Below the pieces are notes generated by a model, which was not told the origin of the DNA, made no database searches, and saw only the letters and a list, made by a program, of their open reading frames with translations. Positions 43,823 through 54,785 of a DNA stretch of 64,000 nt are shown here, in pieces. Made by a program: the position numbers and the translations under genes. Source of the DNA: the human T2T-CHM13v2.0 reference genome, Homo sapiens; assembly GCF_009914755.1 (NCBI RefSeq), contig NC_060925.1; one strand, 5' to 3'. Positions within the stretch are counted from its first letter, which is position 1, and the number at the start of each line of letters is the position of its first letter.

Positions 43823-46129
43823 ATGGAAGCTGCTCTTCTTACCAGGCCTCTGGGAGCTGAATTGCAGGAGGCTGTCTGGGCACAGGTGGCATATGACAGG
43901 CACAGCAATGCAGAGGCCTGTGAGATTGTTCATGTCCCTAAAACAGCATTACAGGAGTGAACATGCAAACACTCCCTATCTTGTATTAACATCTGAACAA
44001 AGAGGCTAGGAATTAAAGATTAGCTTTGACTGGGTGCTTTGGGGTGGGAGAGATAAGAATGTTCTAATCAACTGATGTTAACTAGAGCTATACAGGAATT
44101 TAAAAAAAGCACTCTCTGGCTTATGACTTGCACACAGAGAGTGGGGAAGTAGGCAGTGGAGAATGCAAAGTCTGAGAGACAGAATATCAGGGTTGAAGAG
44201 AAAAGTAAAGGTTATCTAAATGGATGCATTATTTTACGGTCAAAAGATATTATCCAATGAACCTAATGAAAGGCCATGGGTCTGGAGAAGAGCCATTTGG
44301 AAAAGAAAATGATTCACAACCATCAGATCCTGGGACACAGAGTCTCCGCCTGGACAGTAGACAGTCTGGTGTGCAGCCTGCAGCTGCTGAGCTGTTTGGA
44401 GAAGAGAGATTATGACAAACAATGTCTAAAGGGTTGTGGCAACTTCAGTGACATGTGTTTGTGGTTTGCAGACCACTAGACTAAGAATTAGAATTTTCAT
44501 ATCTAAATAAATATCTATAAAATTCACTATTCATCCAATCCAGTGGAGACCATTTCCTAATGGCATGTCCACATCTCTCAGGAATTTGCTTTCTTGCCAG
44601 AGTCCAGTGAGGCTGTAATATCCAAAGAGAAACCGCACAAGCTGAAACGAGAGCAGCACCTTGGTTCCCACCAAACAAATAAATCTCATACTCATTTGGG
44701 AGTTGGTTGGATGATTTGTTTTTTCCAGCCCAGAGTGATGATATTTCTGAATCCCTAAGTGCTCACAAACGCAGGCGCTAGATATTCACTTAGCTAGTTC
44801 ATACAGTGTCAGGCTGCGTGCTGAAGAATGCCTTTCAAAGAGGGAAGGGGAAAAATGTCGTTCCCACCCACATGGGTCCAGTTCCCTGGGAGGTAATTCA
44901 AGCTAATTAAAGTCATGTAAGGGAAGGTTTCAGATAAGAGGGTTATCAGCATTTCACTGTGGGAAGGTGCAGGAAAAAGAGTTCTCACTTCACTCTGTAA
45001 GGCTGTTAAAAGGATCAAATAAAATAATGTACATGAAAGAAGTCTTTGTCAACTATAAAACATCATCACATCAATGTCAGGTTTCACCATTGTTACTGTT
45101 CCTAGGGGCTTGCAACATTCAGTTATTCATCTGACACATTTATTAAGAGTCTATTTTGTGCTGGGTAATATCCTGGAGATGTTGAAAAAATAAGACCTAA
45201 TTTATGCCCTGGAGGCATTTAGAAAGACATATAATACAACATCATGACTCAGGCAATTTAAAGATGCCACTAAAATGTCTAGACACACCAGCGGGATAGT
45301 GAGTCATACACTGTGTACCATGGTGCACACTTGAATCTTGTTCTGCTGCTTCTCCAATGTTTTCTTTGAAAAAATACCATTTTATTTGGTGACCGTGATA
45401 GCTCTCAGCTCTAACACCATGCCTTCAGAAATAGAACCAGCAGGTGGAACCACACCTTAGTGGGACTTGTTTCAAAGTTGACTTGTCATGCCTTTTGGAT
45501 TAATTCTCTGTACTTTCCCCACCTTTTGGCTCCACAGACCAACAGCAACATGTCTGGATGGTAGGATGGGGTAAGGAAGGGTGAAGGGTATGGGGGTTGG
45601 GGTGGGTTCAGAGTGGCAAAGTCATTGCAGATCAAGGCTTTGGGTAAACTTTGTGAGCAGAGACATGAATATCTCTGGCAACTCAAAATTGCTCATCTTT
45701 ATCTATCAATCTTTAACATTGAGACTTTGTTCCTACATATATGTCTATATGATCATTACATTTTTAGCATCTTAGCTGGTGAATTGCATCTAAGGGAGCT
45801 TGAGAAGCCTTTCTAAAGTATGTGAGAGGAACGATACCTAGCATTCTTGGGGAAGCAGAAGTATCCTGGAACCAGTCTCCAGGTGACCACTGGAAATCTG
45901 GGGCATCATTAAAACAACGGTGGAACTGGAAACACAAAGACCTGTCTTTTTCAGGTCTCAGCATTCAAATAAACAGACAGGATAAGCTTCAAGAAGCAAT
46001 GCTCAGAGTGTTAACACAGATCCCACAGATCCACGGAATATGGGAATTCCAGGAAAATTTAGATGTTTATCCCTTTCTCTCACACTTACCTTCATCCACC
46101 CCCTATTTCTTCTGTTTGACAACTTTGCT

Positions 46130-46446
46130 TTTTTTTTTCTTCTTCTTCTTTTTTTTTGAGTCAGAGTCTTGCTCTGTCGCCCAGGCTGGAGTGCAGTGGC
46201 GTGATCTCGGCTCACTGCGAGCTCCACCTCCTGGGTTCATGCCATTCTCCTGCCTCAGCCTCCTGAGTAGCAGGGACTACAGGTGCCTGCCACCAAGCCT
46301 GGCTAATTTTTTTTTTTTTGTATTTTTAGTAGAGAACGGGGTTTCATCATGTTAGCCAGCATGGTCTCGATCTCCTGACCTTGTGATCTGCCCACTTCGG
46401 CCTCCCAAAGTGCTGGGATTACAAGTGTGAGCCACCATGCCCGGCC
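46130..46446 (-). mobile_element. AluY-like, full length
   Basis: ttcatgccattctcc, gttagccagcatggtctcgatctcc; TSD ttgacaa(c/a)ttt(g/t)ct at 46116-46129 and 46447-46460. Confidence 0.95.
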
Positions 46447-47911
46447 TTGACAAATTTTCTAAAACCAGTGAGCCTTAGCTCCTTGCCTGCCTGGTCACCC
46501 AAAGCCTTGAGGCCCAAGCCCACTATCTGTTGTTGTTCTGTTTGGGCAGGGGCCAGCCAACCATGATGGCATGGCCACAGACACAGCAGGCTCTCCCACT
46601 CATCTCTGCAGAGACCTCGAGCCTTGCTGTGATGAGGAATGTTGCTGCCTCAGCTTACTCCTCTCTGCCTGGGGAAGAATGAGTTAGTACATCTAACAAC
46701 AGACTGTCCAACTGGTCACATGTCTTGTTCCTCTGCATAACCAACCCCGCTCTCAAGTTCTGCTTCCTGCAATGACCTGACACCTGCTAGGTTGTTCCTG
46801 GGCAGAGTTTGCCTTTGAATGTCCTGTTAGTTGGTGAGGAGGCTGGGTCTCTCCTGCATCTGGGAGGGTGAAGGGGACTCTGTTTCAAGACAGGTCAGCT
46901 CTGTGTGATCATAGACAGTGGCAAGGCCAGAAATATATTATCTTATTTAATGCTCATAACAAAAAGTAGCCTGAAGTCATTCCTTCATCCAAACAAATGT
47001 TATGTGCCTGTCATTATTTATAGGGCTTGGCATATGTCAGCACAAAGATCTCTGCTTGTGTAGAGCTTATATTCTGGGCAGAAGTGGAGGGATGGGGGAG
47101 AGAACAAAAAATTTTATGTAAGAGAATTATATTTTCTGGGCCACTTCACATTATATACACCCTCCACAATTATTAATGTGGATATTTGTTCAACAGTTGT
47201 TAAGAAGACACTATGTTCCAAGCACTATACTGGGCATTGAAAATACAAAGATCAGTGAGTGGCCCCATATCCTCCAGACACTGGAAGTCCAGGTAGAGAG
47301 GAGCAACTGTACACAGGTGGTAAAATGCATAAAGTGCTGTGACAGAGGCATCTACGAAGGGCAGAGAGACAGAGCCACCAACATCCAGGCCTCCAGCTGC
47401 CCCTAGGCTGTCCATGTTCCCCTTCCTCCCCACTGCAGCCCGTGCAGGGCTACCTCCTCACCTCCTCACTCTTTCCCCTGCTCCTGAACCCACTCCTCCT
47501 GGCCACCCAGCATACCCCAGCCCTGATGTGTTCCTTTGGAGTCTGATTCAGGGAAAGTTATACTAATGTAGTAAATAAATTCACTGACTGAGTATTAGGT
47601 TTTGCTTGCTCTTTCAGGTAATTTACATACATTTTAACTGGCTTTTAATGCTTTGCAACAAAGGGAGGCTGGTTTCCTTGTGGGAAGTGCCATTCTGTTA
47701 ATAGACCAGGAATGAGAGATTTGTGGAGGCCAAGCTCCTACCTACTCTCCCCTTTCATTAGGGCGCACTCGTCTTTGGAACTTCCTTCATCCTCTCAAAA
47801 CAGTTCTGGCATCTGGATCATCTTTTCCAAAAGTGTCTTTGGAATTAAGACATTTTTAGGGTTCAACACAACCTGAAAGATCTTCTAGTCCTTGGAATTT
47901 CAACTTATGAT

Positions 47912-48085
47912 CCAGGGGTTCTTGGCAGTGTGTTCATGAATGGCCTTCAGGGAGTTTAAGGACTCCCGAAATTCTCTGCAAACTATTGTATTAACATGCT
48001 AAGTGCATTTTCCCCCCTGAAGACAAGGTCTATAGTTTTCATCAGAGTCTTAAAGATCTTGGAGACTCAAAAAAGGTGGTCATCA
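47912..48085. mobile_element. MER117-like hAT-Charlie MITE
   Basis: caggggttctt...gaatggccttcaggg...gtctatagttttcatcagagtcttaaag...caaaaaaggt. Confidence 0.6.
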
Positions 48086-49346
48086 TTTTAGGTGATGTGC
48101 TTGAGCCTGCAGAGTTATGAGAGGGAGGGGAGAAGGGGAAAGGGGAAAGAAGGGAGGGAAGTGAGGAAAGGCCAACACAGAGACTGAAACTCAAGTTTCT
48201 TTTTGCCCAAACTGGTGCTCCTTCTACCTCCTCCACTGCAAGAGATCTTTAGGTCTTTGGTTCAGGACCTATCCCAGTGGCATCGTAATCCTTTGCCAGG
48301 CCTGTTCACCCACTGTAGAGGAGTAAAAGCTGCTTTATGGAAGCGATTTTGAAGAACTAGAGGAGGTTTCTGCTCCATCATACAGTGACAGGTGACTTTG
48401 AGCTCTGAATTTACTATCGGTCCTTACTTTAAAAAGAAAAACGTTAAGCTTTTGGGGCTTTGTATCCCTAGAGATACTGTGTGCCACTGGGCATCTGTGG
48501 AGTAAGCTGTCTGATTGCAGAGAATAAGCATGACCTGTGAAGCTGTCCTTGCAAGCATCAAACTGTAGAGAGATCAATCACTTGAGGGAGCCAACCTTCA
48601 CATGTTGACACTTCTGGATCCCCTTGCCCAAGGCAGAAATGCCTGGCTCATTTTCAGATTAAAAAAACCTGGGCCGGTTGTGTTATCAACACCCAGTGTA
48701 AGTCATCAGGGCAAATGACAATATACACATTCTCCTAGTCAATTGGAAGGCTAGGTCAGGAGATATTCGGCATGAGCCCAGGGATAGGGAAAGAAACAAA
48801 ACATCAGAGGCTGGAATTCCAAATGGATCCAGAAAACAGCACAATCTTTTTTTTTAATTTTTTAATTTTTTAATATTTTATTTTTTCTGTCTATAACTAT
48901 GTACTAGACTCTGACCCATGAGAGGATTGGTTTCTCCCAGAGAAAGACTACAGGAAACTAGGTTCCCAAATAGGCCCTGCAGCCTTGGATATGATGAGAA
49001 GTTACCAGAAGTTGGGGAGAAGGAGAACAGCACTGGGATGGGAGTCATTAGGCCTAAGCTTAAGACTTGGCATTCCCACAGAGTAGGTGGGTGACTTTGG
49101 GCCAGTCAGTGCCGGCTCTATGGTTCTGTTTCCTTTTCTGCCAAAAGAAGGATGTGGGGGGTTGGATAACCTGAAAGATCCCTCTTGGCGGGAACATCCT
49201 CCTAAGTCATTCATTCATTCTTGTCTATATGCCAGCGCTGCCTTCCAGGCTTGTGTGTGACCCTCAAGCTTACCTGAAGCTAGAGCACTTCCTAGGTGCC
49301 TCTCCCACCCCAGGAGTCATGAGGGTTTGGTCGGCTGCCAGACTCA

Positions 49347-49550
<204 letters not shown>

Positions 49551-49758
49551 TTACACACTCTTTCTCTGACCTAGATTCTTAACAATTTATTCCATTTTAT
49601 GCAAATAATAGTCTTTATTATATTTGTAGAAATAACATAGCCCCTCCATTAAAATTTAAGTGACTCAGAATTTTCTAACTGAACAAAATTTAGGGAACAC
49701 TGCCCCTGTCATACCTTTTTCAATATATATTGTTAGATGGAAGCCTGCATAAATGGGT

Positions 49759-50898
49759 GGATCTAGAATTTTACATCTAGAATTTTACAAATTCGAGATT
49801 GTATTATTCATGCCATTTAAAATAAAAGGTATTATAATTCATTTTACTGGAATTTAAAATAAAAAGAAGACAAAGAGAAGCACAACGTATTGATGAATTT
49901 CAAATAAACATTTCTTCTGCCTAAGAGAAGAGCCCTGGAAATTGAGCACAAGGATGATCATTCGTTCTGCCCCTGCACAGCATGCAAAGCCCAGATGGGC
50001 ATGGTGAATGTGCCCAGGGCAGCCCAGTAGGAAAGCTGGGACCACAACCCAGATTCTTCCTACTTATCCAGGAATCTTTCTACCACCCACAAGACCATAA
50101 GCTCTACACAGCCATGGCATGTTTTTCTCAGAATTCTATTCCTGGTGGCCACCAAGAATCCTGGCTGTGGAGGCAGTCCTTACAGAGTTGCAACAGGCCA
50201 ACTGAATGCCTCAAACCCCCTCTAAAGATCCCTTTCCTGTCCTAGCTGCTTAGTCCTAATTCTTCAAATATATAACCGCTCCACTCCAGTCCACAGACAA
50301 GAAATAATTTTTGCTCTTTCATTCTACCTGTGCTGCTGCTGGTCTTCACAGCACCTTTTGAACTAAACATTGACTTAGAATAGTACAATCATTTCTTCCT
50401 TTGTTCCATCTCTAGTATGATTTTCTCCCATTCCTGGGCCCAATTCCTATGGCGTCTTCAGGCTTCCCACTTTTTGCTGTGATGATAACACTATTTTCTA
50501 CCTGACCACAGTGGATTTCCACTGTTCTTGCTACTTATCCAGGAATCTTTCCACCACCCACAAGACCATAAGCTCTACACAGTCAGGGCATTTCCACTGT
50601 TCTTGCTACTTATCCAGGATCTAGAATTTTACATCTAGAATTTTACAAATTCAAGATTGTATTATGCATGTCATTTAAAATAAAAGATATTATAATTCAT
50701 TTTACTGGAATTTAAAATAAAAAGACAAAGAGAAGCACAATGTATTGACGAATTTCAAATAAACATTTCTTCTGCTTAACAGCAGAGCCCTGGAAATTGA
50801 GCACAAGGATGATCATTTGTTCTGCCCCCACACAGCATGCAAAGCCCAGATGGGTATGGTGAGCCATGGCCCTTTGATGAAATCCAGTGGATTTCCAC
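49759..50898. repeat. Complex local duplication: donors 49759-50007 and 50054-50120; rearranged copies within 50523-50884
   Basis: direct comparison of copies by eye (~94% identity for the 249-bp segment). Confidence 0.95.
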
Positions 50899-51606
50899 CT
50901 TATAGCATGAGCTCTTTCACAAACCCTTCCAAAATAGTTCTTCAGTTACCTCTCCTTCTTTGCATTTCCCACCATCCCAGCCATTGGTCTATCCCCTCTT
51001 ATGAGTGGGCAGAGCCAGAGCAGGCAGTTGTCTATGTGCATGGCCAGACAGCTGCTGGAATGCAACCTTGTATTTCATGGGAAGATAAGTTTTCAGAAAA
51101 TATAATGCATAAAGTAAGTACCGTGTGCTGACTGGTGAGAGAGGCCTTGTTGACACACAAATTGTAACATTATCAACAAGTGGATTTCATTTATTCTTTT
51201 CCATTGCTGAAAATGAACTTGCAGATCTAACAAAATTAGATATTAAATATATTACTTGTCTGTCATCAGAAATCATCCGTCCTTTTAAATTTATTATTTA
51301 TTACTTGTTATTCATTTATTCACCTAATGTATATAATTCAAATATGCATTTATTTATTTATTTATTTATTCATTCATTTATTAAACATCTCATACTCTAC
51401 TACTGTTCTGTATCAATCACTTTGCTATTATGTTGTGAGAAGAATTGAGAGATGGGCTCGGTATTCGGTCAACCATGTAAATTAGCTTGAATTCCCTGTT
51501 CCCAGGACTTGTAAGAAGTTCTGGCAGACTAGAAAACTCAGCTATAGGGGCTCAGTAATGCAGGTTAAGGTGTAAATTGAGACCTATGGCTCTTTGATGA
51601 TCTAGC

Positions 51607-52902
51607 TTTTTTTTTTTGGTATGTGCAACTGTGTAGTTTATTATACATGTATCTAGGTTTTACAATTTTCTTTTATTTTACTTTAAGTTCTGGGATACAA
51701 GTACAGAATGTACAGGTTTATTACATAGGTATATGTGTGCCATTGTGGTTTGCTGCACCTATCAACCTGTCATCTAGGTTTTAAGGCCCGCATGCATTAG
51801 CTATTTGTCCTAATGCTCTCCCTCTCCTCACACTCTACCCCCGACTGGTCCCAGTGTGTGTCGTTCCCCTCCCTGTGTCAATGTGTTCTCATTGTTCAAC
51901 TTCCACTTATGAGTGAGAGCATTCACTGTTTGGTTTTCTGTTCCTGTGTTAGTTTGCTGAGGATGATGGCTTCTAGCTTCATCCATGTCCCTGCAAAGGA
52001 CATGATCTCATTCATTTTTTTGGCTACATAGTATTCCATGGTGTATATGTACCACATTTGCTTTATCCAGTCTATCACGGATGGGCATTTGGGTTGGTTC
52101 CATGTCTTTGTTATTGCAAATAGTGCTGCAGTAAACATACCTGTGCATGTGTCTTTACAGTAGAATAATTTATAGTCCTTTGGGTATATACCCATTAATG
52201 GGATTGTTGGGTCAAATGGTATTTCTTGTTCTAGATCCTTGAGGAATCACCACATTGCCTTCTACAATGGTTGAACTAATTTACATTCCGACCAACAGTG
52301 TAAAAGAATTCCTATTTCTTCACAGCCTCGCCAGCATCTGTTGGTTCTTGGCTTTTTAATAAACACCATTTTGACTGGCATGAGATGGTATCTTATTGTG
52401 GTTTTGATTTGCATTTCTCTAATGATCAGTGAGGTTGAGCTTTTTTTCATATGTTTGTTGGCCACATAAATGTCTTCTTTTGAGAAGTGTCTGGTCATAT
52501 ACTTTGTCCACTTTTTGATGGGATTGTTTCTTCTTTTCTTGTAAATTTGTTTAATTTCCTTGTAGATTCTGGATGTTAGACCTTTGTCAGATGGGTAGTT
52601 TGCAAAAATATTCTCCCATTCAGTAGGTTGCCTGTTCACTCTGATGATAGTTCCTTTTGGTATGCACATGCTCTTTAGTTCAATTAGATCCCATTTGTCA
52701 ATTTTAGCTTTTGTTGCAATTGCTTTTGGTGTTTTTTATTATGAAGTCTTTGTCCATGCCTGTGTCCTGAATGGTGTTGTCTAGGTTTTCTTCTGGGGTT
52801 TTTATGGTTTTGGGTTTTTACCTTTAAGTCTTTAATTAATCTTGAGTTAATTTTTGTATAAGGTGTAAGGAAGGGGTCCAGTTTCAGTTTTCTGCATATG
52901 AC
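51607..52902 (-). mobile_element. 5'-truncated L1PA8-like LINE-1 (~1.25 kb) with apparent 3' transduction
   Basis: 3'UTR gtcatctaggttttaaggcccgcatgcattagctatttgtcc; ORF2 C-terminal remnants ([23 protein letters not shown]); extra 48-bp segment and second polyT beyond the L1 end. Confidence 0.92.
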
Positions 52903-53734
52903 TGATGTAGCCTTCTTCATTCTACCATTGCTCGCATCTCATCAGGAGTATACTAATCACTTTGTAAATGCCTGGCATACTTCAGCAAGCTATATGAGTG
53001 GAATGGACTAGGCTCATGATATGGTGGAAAGGTAGCTTTAGGGGCTGATCTACCAGGGTGTTCTATTCTATCCTAATTCTTAGTAAAGTAGGTGAGAGGT
53101 AATTTCAATATGAAGCTCTAAGAATCATAAGCAAAACTCATATGTGTCCAAAAAGAGAAGGTTGCCATAAGCTAGTGCTCTCTGTGACCTGTTCTCCTAC
53201 CATCACTAAAATGCTGCCTTCCTCTAAAACAAAGCCCTTTCAGAACTGAGCTGGGCTGTGGTTTCCACGGAGTTGTTGTTCCATTGTTTTGGCTTGTCTT
53301 CTGTACTCAGACCCCTATAGGGGACAGAGCTCCCATGGGGGTAAGTTCCCCTAAGTAAAAATAAATGTAGGAAGATAAGCCGAACTGTTTCATGGAGCAC
53401 CAGTTCTGAAGGCAATCCAAGTTCCACAAATTCCCCGCCAGCTGTTGGCCAGGCTGCTGGCCCCAGTGCCTGTACGGGAAGTGTGTGTCACTTTCTCACA
53501 CACCACCTCAGATAACTCTGCCCTGTGAAGATTATTTGGACCCTACAGACTCAGAGCCTAAGAACATATAGTGAAAGTTAGATAACCAAACATAACCCTC
53601 CTCCTCCGGCTTTGGTTTGATTGCCTTCACATTTTGGTAGAGTCAGCCTGTTCAGGAGTTTGGTATGTGAAAGCATTCCTTCCAGAGCCGGATCTTTGTG
53701 GGGGTACTTTTTCACACTGTGGGGAGCAGATAGT

Positions 53735-53950
53735 AGAGTGGCCAAGAGCATTGGCTATGCTGCTGGATGGCTCCACTGTTCTTAGCTGTATCATCTGGGC
53801 GGGTTTCGTGCCCTCTAATAGCCTCAGTTTCCTCATCTGTAAAATGGGCATAATAATAGCACATATGTATTAAAGTTATCGTGAAGACCAAATAAGACAG
53901 CGCATGTAAAATTCCTGGGATTAATAAATTGCTTATTAGTGTCATTATAC
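53735..53950 (+). mobile_element. MIR
   Basis: gcctcagtttcctcatctgtaaaatgggcataataatagcac. Confidence 0.8.
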
Positions 53951-54259
53951 TTATGTTTAGTCTACACAGTAATTATGAGTCTACTTTGTAAAAGCTGTCC
54001 CTTGGCTCCCCTGTCTCTAATCAGTAAAACACTGGTGGATTCATAGGCCCTCCCTGAGCTGCTGTTTCCCTAAAACAAAGCTCAATGAGGTTGGATGTCT
54101 TAGCCACCCACTTTGGAGCACAGGTACTTTAGTATGCCTTACCACTCTCAGGAAGTAGTATTCCATGCAGTGTCTGACATTGTTGTCCAGCAAATGTTTA
54201 ATAGAAGAATGAGGGACCGAATGAGTGACCCGACTATGTCCCATTATTGGAGGCAGAAT

Positions 54260-54785
54260 TGACTTTTAAGAGCTCATCACTCAATTCCATTAAGGGCCCT
54301 GAAACTCCCTCCAAGTAGTTTACATGGATCTTGGGTGAGCAATCCCTTTTCTTGCTTCCGTTCTCTCCCTGCAGCTCCATGATGAGGGGGCAAAATAAAT
54401 GTAGCTTTGGGCATTCCTCTCCTCCATTCCTCTCATTTTCACTTTTAACAAAGCTCCTTATTTAAGAAGACTCACCTAAACACTGGCCATAGCTGCAGGA
54501 TTACAAACACAGAGCTAGGTGAGAAGAGAGGCAACTTCTAAATGGAACAGGACTGGGGGAACTGTCAGGGATTGCATTGCTAAAGTTACTCAAACTCAAT
54601 TTCAAAAGAGATGGGTAGCGGTCAAATGACTAATGCTCTGACTCACTTCACAGCACCTGGTTGTTGCTCCTGAATGGCCTGGAGAACAGGGCAGTGGCTC
54701 AATGCTCTATTCCGCTTGGAGGGAAACTACTTGGAGGGAGTTTCAGGCCCCTTCATGGATGTGAGTGAGGAGTTCCTAACAGTCA
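54260..54785. repeat. Inverted repeat, 62-bp arms (54/62), ~400-bp spacer
   Basis: 54260-54321 is the reverse complement of 54724-54785; inner 24 bp identical. Confidence 0.93.

Noticed and set aside
45822-46355. Longest ORF in the track (177 aa)
   Set aside because: Non-ATG start; C-terminal half is antisense AluY read-through; no recognisable domain
49759-50898. CRISPR-like repeat-spacer array
   Set aside because: Eukaryotic DNA, irregular unit sizes, no cas genes; explained by local duplication
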